DNA of 49,261 nucleotides from Candidatus Hydrogenedentota bacterium (GTDB taxonomy: Bacteria > Hydrogenedentota > Hydrogenedentia > Hydrogenedentales > JAEUWI01): contig JAXMOL010000055.1 in NCBI GenBank assembly GCA_034669905.1, positions 1-49,261 on the forward strand. The letters are read 5' to 3'. The notes beneath the pieces were generated by a model. That model had not been told where the DNA came from and searched no databases. It worked only from the letters and a program-made list of their open reading frames with translations. Made by a program: the position numbers and the translations under genes. Shown here piece after piece: positions 40,083 to 49,136 of this stretch; positions within the stretch are counted from its first letter, which is position 1; each line of letters begins with the position of its first letter.

Positions 40083-40109
40083 TTTAGAATTCATCGGAAT
40101 TGCCGATAA
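40083..40109 (+). promoter_or_regulatory. Putative sigma28 (FliA) promoter
   Basis: Perfect -10 GCCGATAA at 40102-40109; weak AT-rich -35. Confidence 0.55.
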
Positions 40110-40156
40110 TAGGATTAGTCCAAGCAGGTGGTGCGACGCGCCACAGGAGCGAGAAC

Positions 40157-40498
40157 ATGAATATTCTGAGTGGATTGAGTGCGGCAAGCGGCGTATTGCA
40201 ACAGACCGCTTCGGTCGTGCAGGCCTTGAAACAGCCCAAACTGACCGACGAAAGCTTCTCCGAACTGTTTAAGGCACAACTGGCGGCAGAGGCAAGTCCG
40301 GAGGCACAGCGTGCCAAGGCGCTGGAATTCAGTCAGCAGTTTATTGCCCTGCGTGACGTGGATGGCGATCAGATGCTTCGTTTGGACGAAAGCGGCCTTT
40401 CCAGCAGCCAGTTCGCCGCATTGGACCGAGATGGCGATGGCCAACTCTCTGCCGCAGAGGTGCAAGCGGATTTGATGGGTGAGGAGTCTACCAGGTGA
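40157..40498 (+). CDS. Small double EF-hand protein in the flagellar operon
   Basis: AGGAG RBS; loops DVDGDQMLRLDE and DRDGDGQLSAAE; stop overlaps the flgN start. Confidence 0.75.
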   Translation: MNILSGLSAASGVLQQTASVVQALKQPKLTDESFSELFKAQLAAEASPEAQRAKALEFSQQFIALRDVDGDQMLRLDESGLSSSQFAALDRDGDGQLSAAEVQADLMGEESTR

Positions 40499-41022
40499 TG
40501 AATGAGGACACGACCATAGGCGAAATGCTGGATGCGCTCTGCGATTATTTTGACGATGAGTTGGAGCGACAGCAGAACGTTTTGGTGGTGTGTCGGGCCA
40601 TTGGACTGGCGGCCCGGTCTCAGGATCTGGAATACCTGGAGGCCCGAACCGAAGCCCTGCAGCTCCTGTTGAATGATGCCATCGAGGCCGAGCAAACCCG
40701 ACTTGAACTGGTCTCGGAAGTGGTGGATTGGTATCAGCTACCCGTGGAAGAGCAGACGCTCACCGGATTGATAAATCATGTGCCCATGCCCTGGGAGCAG
40801 CGCTTGCGCGAGTTTCAGGTGCTGATGCGGGCCACCTTGGAATCCACCCGTCGTCTGGTGCGGGAGAACAACCAGGTATTGAAACGCTCCATGTCGGTGG
40901 TGACCCGGACCTTGTCGGCCATGGCCCAATGTCAGCCCGATTCTCATGGACAATACAATGAGCAGGGGGGCGACGCAGCGCGGCTGCGGAGTACACCGAC
41001 CCTGATTGATCAACGGGGCTGA
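40498..41022 (+). CDS. flgN: Flagellar export chaperone FlgN
   Basis: Helical protein, EQTRLEL..TLTGLI..LVRENNQVLKRSM, C-terminal Y...G and LIDQRG. Confidence 0.78.
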   Translation: MNEDTTIGEMLDALCDYFDDELERQQNVLVVCRAIGLAARSQDLEYLEARTEALQLLLNDAIEAEQTRLELVSEVVDWYQLPVEEQTLTGLINHVPMPWEQRLREFQVLMRATLESTRRLVRENNQVLKRSMSVVTRTLSAMAQCQPDSHGQYNEQGGDAARLRSTPTLIDQRG

Positions 41023-41034
41023 GCAGGAAACGCT

Positions 41035-41958
41035 ATGGGTGCCGTACGAACCACACAACGACTTCTAATCGACCGGGTACTGAGCGACCTGAGTCTGCAG
41101 CAGCGAGAGATTCTGCGCCTGCAGGAACAGCTTTCCACCGGACAAAAGGTTAATCGCCCGAGCGATGATGCCCTTGCCACACGACGGGCGGTAAGCGCCC
41201 AGGCCGAGATCTCGCGCAATGAGCAGTATCTGACCAACATCAGCACGGCGGGTCCGGGCCTCACGCAGACCGACACCTCGCTCATGACGACGATTGATAT
41301 TATCCAGCGGAGCCGTGATCTGACCCTGCAGGGAGCGTCGGGCACCAACAGCCAGCTTCAACGGGACCAGATCGCGCTGGAAGTGGATCAGCTGATAGAG
41401 AGTTTACTTTCGGAAGCCAACCAGCTGTCGAATGAACGGTATATTTTCGGTGGTACCGTGACCCTCACGCCCCCCTTTGAGGCGACACGGGACGTGGATG
41501 GCCGTATTACCAGTGTGGCCTACGTGGGGAACGACAAGACCCACTCCGTGGAAATCCAGAAAGACATTCAGATTGCGGCCAATGAGCCCGGCAGCGATGT
41601 GTTCACCGCGGCTGGTGCCACGGGCACCGACATTTTCCAGGTGCTGATTGATATTCGGGATAACCTGGAGTCCGGCAATGTGACGGGGCTGGACGCGGGC
41701 CTTGCAGGCCTCTCCGATGCCCAGGACCAGGTGCTGGTCTCGGTGGCGAAGGTGGGTGCTACGCAGAATCGATTGGAGCGCTCCGATTCAAACATTCAGG
41801 ATATTAATCTGCAGTTGCTGGCGGTTATTTCGGACAACATAGATGCGGATTTCGCCGAAACAATCGTGGAACTCAATGCCCAGACCAATGCCTTACAGGC
41901 CTCCCTGGATGCAAGTGCCCGGGTCATCCAGCCGAGCCTTCTGAACTTCCTGCAATAG
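41035..41958 (+). CDS. flgL: Flagellar hook-associated protein 3 FlgL
   Basis: QLSTGQKVNRPSDD, YIFGG, VGATQNRLE, DADFAE, QPSLLNFL. Confidence 0.93.
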   Translation: MGAVRTTQRLLIDRVLSDLSLQQREILRLQEQLSTGQKVNRPSDDALATRRAVSAQAEISRNEQYLTNISTAGPGLTQTDTSLMTTIDIIQRSRDLTLQGASGTNSQLQRDQIALEVDQLIESLLSEANQLSNERYIFGGTVTLTPPFEATRDVDGRITSVAYVGNDKTHSVEIQKDIQIAANEPGSDVFTAAGATGTDIFQVLIDIRDNLESGNVTGLDAGLAGLSDAQDQVLVSVAKVGATQNRLERSDSNIQDINLQLLAVISDNIDADFAETIVELNAQTNALQASLDASARVIQPSLLNFLQ

Positions 41959-41976
41959 CCCTTTCGGCAGGAAATG

Positions 41977-42012
41977 AAAACGCCCGGACTCCAGTGGAGT
42001 CCGGGCGTTTTT
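41977..42012. terminator. Bidirectional intrinsic terminator
   Basis: AAAACGCCCGGACTCCA-G-TGGAGTCCGGGCGTTTTT between convergent flgL and yceI-like genes. Confidence 0.9.
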
Positions 42013-42031
42013 ACTTACGCTAATTTGGGGG

Positions 42032-42715
42032 TTATGCCTGGCCTTCGATATGGAGTTTGATGACCACGTTCTCGCGAATCGCGTCATCGGCCTTGCCGGG
42101 GTATTTCACGCCGAAGTCGAATCGGTTAATGTCGAATTCCGCGTCTGCCGTGAAGACACCTTCTTCGACCTTCATAGTGGCGGGGAAGGTGATGGATTTC
42201 GTTACACCGTGAAAGGTGAGGGTGCCGGTGATGTCAAAGCCGGCGTCCGTGGCAGCAATACCGGTGGATTCAAATTTGGACTCGGGATGAATCTCGGCAT
42301 CGAAGAAGTCGGCACTCAGCAGGTGTTCCGTGAGCTTTTCGTTGTCCGAGTAGGCGCTCTTCATGTCGATGGTCGCGACGATGGTGGCTTTCGTGAGGTC
42401 GTCGCCAGGAATGGTGATGGCGCCGTTCACTGTCTTAAAACCGCCGTCGTGGGAGCCCGTTAATTTGGAGCCGACAAAGGCGACCGTGGAAGAAGGGGCA
42501 ATGGTGTAGGTGGTGCCTTCCATGACTTCCGCGGCGGGTGCCGGGGTTTCCGCAACCGGTGCATCGGCGGCCGGAGCTTCCGCCGCGGGGGCTTCGACGG
42601 CCGGAACGTCTCTTACTTCGGCATCGGGCGTCTTGTCAGACGGGTCCGCGCAACCACCAAGAAACAAGGTGGTGGTGAGTGCCAATGCGAAGAGGGGGGA
42701 AAGGGATTTCAGCAT
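42032..42715 (-). CDS. YceI-family lipoprotein
   Basis: LGGC lipobox, HLLSADFFDAEIHP, GTLTFHGVTK, INRFDFG. Confidence 0.9.
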   Translation of the reverse strand: MLKSLSPLFALALTTTLFLGGCADPSDKTPDAEVRDVPAVEAPAAEAPAADAPVAETPAPAAEVMEGTTYTIAPSSTVAFVGSKLTGSHDGGFKTVNGAITIPGDDLTKATIVATIDMKSAYSDNEKLTEHLLSADFFDAEIHPESKFESTGIAATDAGFDITGTLTFHGVTKSITFPATMKVEEGVFTADAEFDINRFDFGVKYPGKADDAIRENVVIKLHIEGQA

Positions 42716-42879
42716 AAGATTGGGTCTCCTTCTAGATGGGGCTCTGTGGCCCCGTATGGGTTAGGTCGAACGGCGCCGAAGCGTTGCTCGCGGGTCGTTG
42801 CCAGACGGACCGCGCGTCGTCTGGCCGGTGCGGGGATTGCACCGCGCCTCCCTATATCCACCACCGGGGTGAAATGGTG

Positions 42880-43770
42880 TCACTTCGCCGCGTTGGTGGG
42901 CGGATTATAGACCCCGGTGCTGATGGACTCATACAACTCCGGCCGTCGATCGCGGATGTGGTTGTCGTCTTTGGCTTCCCGGAGGTCGATGGTCGTGATG
43001 GAGTAGCCGGGTTTGCCGTCGTCTACCTTGGTCAAGACCTCGCCACCGGGGTCAAGCATGAGGGTTTGCTCAGGGTGGGTGAAGGCGATGAAGCACTGAT
43101 TTTCCCAGGCGCGCACCTGCATGATCATGAGATTCCAGTCGCCATGCATACCATAGGTGGGGTTCAGGATGAGCCGGGCCCCCTGCACGCGGAGCGAGCG
43201 CACCGTTTCGGGCCAACGGCGGTCGGCGCATATCATCATGCCGAGTTTGCCCCATTCGCTGTCCCACACGGGGAGGCCCATACCCAGGTCATATTGTACA
43301 TCGTGGGTCTGGATGTGGGTCTTGTGGTAGACGCCTACCAATTCGCCCTGCCGATTCCAGAGTCCCGAGGCATTCAATAGCTTGCCGTCTTCCAGGGAAC
43401 TGAAGCCGAAACAAATCCACATGTTGTATTGCTTCGCGAGTTCGGCCACTTTGTCGAGGTAGGGGCTGCCTTCCAACGGCTGGGCCACGGTTTTCAGCTT
43501 TTCTCGGGTGGAGCCTTCATCAGGCGCGGCGTAGCCATCCAACCAGCACTCGGGGGTGATGAAGATGTCGGGCTTTTCCTTGCCTGCGGCGTGGGCCTGC
43601 TCCAGGAAGGTGGCGAGGTTGGCGTCGATGTCCCACTTGATAGGCACGCCCCGCATCTGGGCAATGGACAGGGTGTCTTCGACGGTCAACTGGGTTTCGT
43701 CATTGGCCACAGCGAATGCGGTGGAAAGGGCGAACGATAGGATGCTGATAATGAGGGCGGCGTTGTTCAT
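42880..43770 (-). CDS. Exported carbon-nitrogen hydrolase (nitrilase superfamily)
   Basis: Signal peptide; E-K-C triad in TPECW, YHKTH, ICADRRWPE; DRRPELY. Confidence 0.9.
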   Translation of the reverse strand: MNNAALIISILSFALSTAFAVANDETQLTVEDTLSIAQMRGVPIKWDIDANLATFLEQAHAAGKEKPDIFITPECWLDGYAAPDEGSTREKLKTVAQPLEGSPYLDKVAELAKQYNMWICFGFSSLEDGKLLNASGLWNRQGELVGVYHKTHIQTHDVQYDLGMGLPVWDSEWGKLGMMICADRRWPETVRSLRVQGARLILNPTYGMHGDWNLMIMQVRAWENQCFIAFTHPEQTLMLDPGGEVLTKVDDGKPGYSITTIDLREAKDDNHIRDRRPELYESISTGVYNPPTNAAK

Positions 43771-44012
43771 GACGTTCTCCGGGTTAATTCGGGTAAATGC
43801 TATAGTGCCACAGGGCGGGGTTGGGCTCAAGGGGTGGGGGCTCAACCACTAAGAAGGCAGAGAACACGAAAGGGGATTACGCGGCACGACCAATCACTTC
43901 TAGATTGGAACACGTCGTTGAGACGTGCGCTCCGCCCGGTCAAAGGACGCGCTGTGCGCCACAATCCCATTATGCTACACTCGGCGGAACCAACAGCAAC
44001 GAGGAATCTCCC

Positions 44013-45863
44013 ATGAAATTCACCCCATCCCTTTCATTCTTACTGGGCATCGCCCTCCTTTCCGCCCTCGCGCCTGCGCAGACCGGCAGCATCCACGAGC
44101 CCGTCCGTTACATCGGCGGGGTTTCGGTGGACCTCCGTCCCCATGAAGCGGGCCTGCGCCCTGCCGTGGGCACCCAGAGTCACCAGGTCTTGCGGGTGAA
44201 CCGGACCCACCCTGAGCAGGCGGAAGATTTCGGCTGGACCTATAACCATGCGGCCAACATCGCCTATTGGAACGACACCTTTTTCGTCCAGTATTTGAGC
44301 AACCCCATCGATGAGCACATCGCCCCGGGGCACACGTTGCTGGCCACCTCGAAAGATGGCGTCACGTGGGACAAGCCCCAGGTGGTGTTTCCGCCCTATG
44401 AGGCGCCGGAAGGCACGGCCCTGCCCGCTGGTTCCCACGGCTACATGATGCACCAGCGCATGGGCTTTTACGTGGCACCCGACGGACGGCTCCTCGTGAT
44501 CGCCTTCTATGGCCATGCGGAAGACCCCTTTGAGACGGGCGGCATTGGCCGGGTGGTTCGGGAAGTGCATAAAGACGGCAGCTATGGCCCCATCTACTTC
44601 ATCCGTTACGAAAGCCAGGCCGACTGGAACGAAAGCAACACGAGCTTTCCGTTTTACACCACGTCGGAAGACAGCGGTTTCGTGGAAGCCTGCAAGGCCC
44701 TGCTGGCCGATAAGCTCATCACCCGCCAGTGGTATGACGAAGACAACGGCATCGACGGCTTTCACCAGCCCATGAAAGAGGACCGGGAAGCATTTTCCTA
44801 CTACACGCGGAAGGACGGGAAAATTGTGGGGCTGTGGAAGTGGTCCTACGCCGGGCTTTCGGAGGATGGCGTGACCTTCTCCGAACCGGCCAAGGTGCCC
44901 ACCTTCGTCATGGCCGGGGGCAAGCAATTTGGCACCAAGACCGACGACGGACGCTATGCCATTGCCTACAACCCCACCGTGCACAACGAACACCGCTACC
45001 CCCTCGTCGTGGTGACGAGTGACGACGGAATCCTGTTCGACGACATGGTGAACGTGCAAAGCGAAGTGCCCCCCCGGCGCTTTTATGGCCGTTGGAAAGA
45101 CTTCGGTCCCTGCTACGTGCGCGGCATCATCCCCGGAAACGGCAACCCGCCCGGAGACGACCTCTGGTTGGTCTACAGCATGAACAAAGAAGATATCTGG
45201 GTCAGCCGCATCCCCGTGCCCATCCAATACGCCGTGACGGGCAAGGTGTCCGACGACTTTGAAGGCCACCCCCTGGGCGGACGGGTGGAAGGCTGGAATA
45301 CCTACGGCACCAAATGGTCGCCCGTCACCATCGCCGAGCAAGACGGCGACAAGGTGCTCCGCCTCGAAGACAAAGAACCCCACGACTACGCCCGCGCCGT
45401 CCGCGTCTTCCAGGAAGGCACCAAGGCCGTGATTAACTTCAGCGCCCGTGCCGACCAGGCCCACGCCCAACTCGATATCGACGTGCAAGACCAATACGGC
45501 AACCGTCCCGTGCGCCTCCGCTTTGACACCGACGGCGTGTTGAAGTATGTGGACGGCAGCGAAGAAAAGGTTATCCTCGCCTACGCCCCCGGCCGCAGCT
45601 ACGACTTTTCCCTCGTGATAGACGCCACGCCCTACGGCGGTTATTCCCTCTCCGTCGATGGGAAGGTCTACGCCGAGAAGGCCCAACTCGCCGAGGCCGT
45701 GAAATCCGTCGAGCGCATCTCCTTCCGGACCGGTGCCTTCCGCGACCTGCCCACCCGCCAGACCGTCAACGAAGATGTCCACCCGCCCTTGCCCGGCGCC
45801 GATGAGATGGTGGACGCCGCGGTGTTTCTGGTGGATGATGTGGTGTTGAAGGGTGAAGGGTGA
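44013..45863 (+). CDS. Exported beta-propeller glycoside hydrolase, GH143-like (resembles BT1020 N-domain)
   Basis: Signal peptide; GWTYNH, DEHIAPG, MHQRMGFY, GIGRVVRE, GPIYFI, RGIIPGNG, YSMNKEDIWVSRIPVP; Asp-boxes SKDGVTW, SEDGVTF, SDDG. Confidence 0.72.
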   Translation: MKFTPSLSFLLGIALLSALAPAQTGSIHEPVRYIGGVSVDLRPHEAGLRPAVGTQSHQVLRVNRTHPEQAEDFGWTYNHAANIAYWNDTFFVQYLSNPIDEHIAPGHTLLATSKDGVTWDKPQVVFPPYEAPEGTALPAGSHGYMMHQRMGFYVAPDGRLLVIAFYGHAEDPFETGGIGRVVREVHKDGSYGPIYFIRYESQADWNESNTSFPFYTTSEDSGFVEACKALLADKLITRQWYDEDNGIDGFHQPMKEDREAFSYYTRKDGKIVGLWKWSYAGLSEDGVTFSEPAKVPTFVMAGGKQFGTKTDDGRYAIAYNPTVHNEHRYPLVVVTSDDGILFDDMVNVQSEVPPRRFYGRWKDFGPCYVRGIIPGNGNPPGDDLWLVYSMNKEDIWVSRIPVPIQYAVTGKVSDDFEGHPLGGRVEGWNTYGTKWSPVTIAEQDGDKVLRLEDKEPHDYARAVRVFQEGTKAVINFSARADQAHAQLDIDVQDQYGNRPVRLRFDTDGVLKYVDGSEEKVILAYAPGRSYDFSLVIDATPYGGYSLSVDGKVYAEKAQLAEAVKSVERISFRTGAFRDLPTRQTVNEDVHPPLPGADEMVDAAVFLVDDVVLKGEG

Positions 45864-45907
45864 AGGGTGAAGGGAATGAAGAATTTTGAATGGTGAATGG
45901 TGAATTG
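45847..45907 (+). repeat. (TGAAGGG)4 plus degenerate heptamers overlapping the stop codon
   Basis: Four exact copies at 45847-45874 followed by TGAAGAA/TGAATGG variants. Confidence 0.8.
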
Positions 45908-46239
45908 AAGCGGGGGTGCGTATGGAGCGCCGGCGGCCCGCCGGCATCCGTGCAACGAAGTTGCGCGGTTAGGTGGGTTAGCCGTCTCGGCTGACATGTC
46001 ATGTTGTGTGACGTGGAAGGACGTGGCTGTTGGAGGGGTGGATTCGAGACGCGAAGCAGGGCCCCCGTGCCGTTGAATTCGCTCCGTGTGCCTTGCGTCA
46101 GGCGGGACGCCTAACCCACTATGGGGTGGCGTGGATTAATACTAGGAATCGGAACGCTTTGGCACGACACAGCGTATTTTTCTGATGCATTAATCTAGGT
46201 CCGACGGGGCGTTGGCAACCGTCAAGTGTTAGTTGACAA

Positions 46240-46257
46240 CACAACCTGAAGGTTGTG
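46240..46257. promoter_or_regulatory. Putative HicB operator
   Basis: CACAACCT-GA-AGGTTGTG just downstream of TTGACA (46233-46238). Confidence 0.65.
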
Positions 46258-46260
46258 AAA

Positions 46261-46446
46261 ATGAGCGGCAAAGAACTGGTTAGGCGATTGAAAAGGGCAG
46301 GCTGGATGGTGGAGCGGGTTTCGGGTAGCCACCACATTTTGGCGAAGCCGGGATTCCGACCGGTTCCTGTTCCGGTTCATGGTACGAAGGACCTTCCCAA
46401 GGGCCTCCTTGCGGCCATACTTCGCCAGACGGATTTGGAGCTTTGA
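46261..46446 (+). CDS. hicA: HicA-family toxin (mRNA interferase)
   Basis: GWMVERVSGSHH..VPVPVHG..DLPKGLLAAILRQ. Confidence 0.92.
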   Translation: MSGKELVRRLKRAGWMVERVSGSHHILAKPGFRPVPVPVHGTKDLPKGLLAAILRQTDLEL

Positions 46447-46450
46447 TACC

Positions 46451-46864
46451 ATGGAATACAACGCGCGAATCAAACAGGAAGACGGGGTCTATCTGGTCAG
46501 CTTTCCCGACTTTGAACATGTCAATACCTATGGCGAAACAAAGGAGGAAGCCCTTCGGAATGCCCATGATGCCCTGAATGGTGTGCTCTCCGTGGACTTC
46601 GAGCGGGGCTATGTCCTGCCCACTCCCAGCCCGAAGCGGGGACGGGATGGCATTTCGGTCCGCGTGGACCCGAATATCGCACTGGCCTACCAACTCCGCG
46701 CGTTACGTGAGGGCCAGACCCAGGCGGCCATCGCAAAGCGTATCGGGATTTCCTATCAGGCCTATCAGAAGTTGGAGAATCCCCGGAAGTGCAATCCGAC
46801 GGTGAAGACCTTGGAGAAGATTAGCCGTGCGTTTGGGAAGACGCTTGAGGTCGGGTTTCATTAG
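46451..46864 (+). CDS. hicB: HicB antitoxin with C-terminal XRE-type HTH
   Basis: YLVSFPD..TYGETKEEALRNAHDAL; TQAAIAKRIGISYQAYQKLE..NPTVKTLEKI. Confidence 0.92.
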   Translation: MEYNARIKQEDGVYLVSFPDFEHVNTYGETKEEALRNAHDALNGVLSVDFERGYVLPTPSPKRGRDGISVRVDPNIALAYQLRALREGQTQAAIAKRIGISYQAYQKLENPRKCNPTVKTLEKISRAFGKTLEVGFH

Positions 46865-47273
46865 GTCTTGGGGGAGCAGGGCTGACGGGTTGGCCGTAGT
46901 GCCTTTAGCGGAGGGGGGCGGCCCCGACGTCCGAGCGGATATCGTTGAGTCAGCGTAACGGGGTTCGCCAACGTGTTGCTGGGGAATAGGTCAAGTCGTT
47001 GCGTAGAGGCAGTCCCCGAGGACGTCCCCCTCTTTCGGGGGATTCGATTTCTGAACGTAGGCCGTAGGGGGGGCTTTATGGACGCGCATCGGCGTTGCTG
47101 GATGCCCGGTTGCTCCACCAGCGACGGGACAGCCACCGCCGTCGAGGGCTTCCAGCGTGGCTCCTGTTCGTCCTGATTTATTTGCCACCTCAGGCAATTC
47201 AAACGACACCGGGCGCGGCAGTCCCTGATGAGAGAGCGGGGGCACTGCGTCGAGGCAGCCCCCGTGCATTATC

Positions 47274-47510
47274 TCAGGCGGCGGAGCGTGGGGTCGCGTG
47301 GTGGCATGGGATATCTGAATCGCGTTGTTGGGGCTTCGCCGTCGGCAGGGTGGTGTTTGCGGCTGCCGGGGTTTCTGCGAGGGTGACCCGACCAAAGGTG
47401 CGGAGCTGGATGGCACCACTGTAGCGTGCGGGGCTGGGGTCGTTCAGGCGGGCGATGACGCGTTGGAAAAGGGTCGGGGCTTCTGTGATGTGCGTGGTGT
47501 GGGTGTACAT
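47274..47510 (-). CDS. Small hypothetical protein divergent from the MocR regulator
   Basis: GAGGAG RBS before ATG 47510; no recognised family. Confidence 0.45.
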   Translation of the reverse strand: MYTHTTHITEAPTLFQRVIARLNDPSPARYSGAIQLRTFGRVTLAETPAAANTTLPTAKPQQRDSDIPCHHATPRSAA

Positions 47511-47584
47511 GGCTCAATCTCCTCAGGTTTCAGGGCGGGTTGCTGCCCGTGTTCTATCCCAATGGTACCCGTAAATCGGGAATA

Positions 47585-47622
47585 ATAACAGATGCAATTC
47601 AGGATAACTTATTGCATAACAG
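47585..47622. promoter_or_regulatory. Putative MocR-family operator
   Basis: ATAACAG direct repeats (47585, 47616) and ATGCAAT-N12-ATTGCAT inverted repeat in an AT-rich island. Confidence 0.5.
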
Positions 47623-47699
47623 TTTGTATCATGGTACGCTGTGTATGGAGCGTCATTCCCTACACGTCTTATGCCTACTTTTGATGGAGGAAGGCCCTC

Positions 47700-49136
47700 A
47701 TGGCCACATTGAGTCACCGCACACGCTATGAAGCCCTGGCCCACTATGTGCGCGATTGTATTGACCAGGGGACCTTTCAGCCCGGGGAGCGTTTGCCTTC
47801 CGTCCGGCAGATGGCCGAATTACGCCAGGTCAGTGTGACCACCGTGCTCGAGGGCTATCGCCGCCTGGAAGATTGGGGGCTTATCGTGGCCCGGCCCCAG
47901 TCGGGCTACTATGTGCAGTCTCCGCCCACGGCCCAGTGCGAAGTGCCGCGGGTTGTGGAACCCCATCCCCGGACGAAGGTGGTGGGCCGTTCCGCCCTGA
48001 TTCGCGATTTGTTGGAAGAGGCCCAGACCGGGGCGCAGGTGCCCCTGGGTGCCGCGGTGCTCCATCCTGATTTGTTGCCCCAACGGATGCTGGCCCGCAT
48101 GCAGTCCAAAGTGCTTCGTGAAAAACCGGCCGTCGCGTTGAGCTACTCCTTTCCACCGGGACATGAAGGTCTCCGCCATCAGATAGCCCGGCGATTGGCC
48201 ATGGCGGGGTGCGCCGCTTCGGCGGACGACATCATCATCACGTCGGGGTGCACGGAAGCCCTCTGCATTTCGCTCGGGGCCGTGGTGCGCCGGGGGGATA
48301 CGGTGGCCATCGAGTCACCGGCCTACTACGCCCTGCTGGAATGGCTCGAAGTGAACGGAGTCCATGCCCACCCTGTCGAGACCCACCCGGATACAGGAAT
48401 GAATCTCGACGCCCTGGAAAGGGTCTTAAAGAGTGGCTCCGTCCAGGCGGTTTTCGTGGTGCCCAGTTTCAGCAATCCCCTGGGCTCCTGCATGCCCCCC
48501 GAGGCGAAGCTGCGGCTGGCCCGTCTTGCGATTCGCTATAAGACGCCCGTGATTGAAGACGACATCTACGGCGAGCTCGCCTTCACACGGGAGCGCCCGC
48601 CCCTGGTCAAGGGCTATGACGACGAGGGTTGGGTCATGAGTTGCGGGAGTTTCAGCAAGGTGCTGTCGTCGGGCCTCCGCATCGGTTGGGCCGTTCCGGG
48701 GCGCTGGTATCAAGAAGTCCTGCGTCGAAAGCGGGTAACGACCATGGCGTCCGACACGGCGGCCCAGTGGGCCCTGGCGGAATATCTCGAGCATGGGGGC
48801 TACGATCGGCATCTCCGCCGTCTGCGTCGCACCCTCCATGACAATACGCAACGCTTCATCAAACATGTGTTTGATGCCTTCCCCGAAGGCACCCGGGTGA
48901 CCCGTCCATCGGGAGGTTTCCTCCTCTGGATTGAGCTGCCTGCGGGGTACAATACCACCCGGCTCAAAGAAGCCGCCTCGCGCCACGGTATCAGCATTGG
49001 TCCCGGTGCGCTCTTTGGCCTCGATGGTCGCTACGATCACTGTCTCCGGCTCAATACGGGCGTCCCCTGGTCGGAGCGGCTGGCAGCGGCGGTGCACACC
49101 CTGGGTGCCCTGGCGAAAGAGCAGGGGGAAGGGTGA
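47700..49136 (+). CDS. MocR/GabR-family regulator (GntR HTH plus PLP aminotransferase domain)
   Basis: GERLPSVRQMA, ARPQSGYYV, IEDDIYGEL, SFSKVLSSGLRIGW, CLRLN. Confidence 0.95.
   Translation: MATLSHRTRYEALAHYVRDCIDQGTFQPGERLPSVRQMAELRQVSVTTVLEGYRRLEDWGLIVARPQSGYYVQSPPTAQCEVPRVVEPHPRTKVVGRSALIRDLLEEAQTGAQVPLGAAVLHPDLLPQRMLARMQSKVLREKPAVALSYSFPPGHEGLRHQIARRLAMAGCAASADDIIITSGCTEALCISLGAVVRRGDTVAIESPAYYALLEWLEVNGVHAHPVETHPDTGMNLDALERVLKSGSVQAVFVVPSFSNPLGSCMPPEAKLRLARLAIRYKTPVIEDDIYGELAFTRERPPLVKGYDDEGWVMSCGSFSKVLSSGLRIGWAVPGRWYQEVLRRKRVTTMASDTAAQWALAEYLEHGGYDRHLRRLRRTLHDNTQRFIKHVFDAFPEGTRVTRPSGGFLLWIELPAGYNTTRLKEAASRHGISIGPGALFGLDGRYDHCLRLNTGVPWSERLAAAVHTLGALAKEQGEG

Noticed and set aside
44040..45947. 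635-aa minus-strand ORF (and similar ORFs at 7615-8910, 10393-11463, 11983-13251)
   Set aside because: Antisense shadows of well-supported genes in GC-rich DNA, with no motifs
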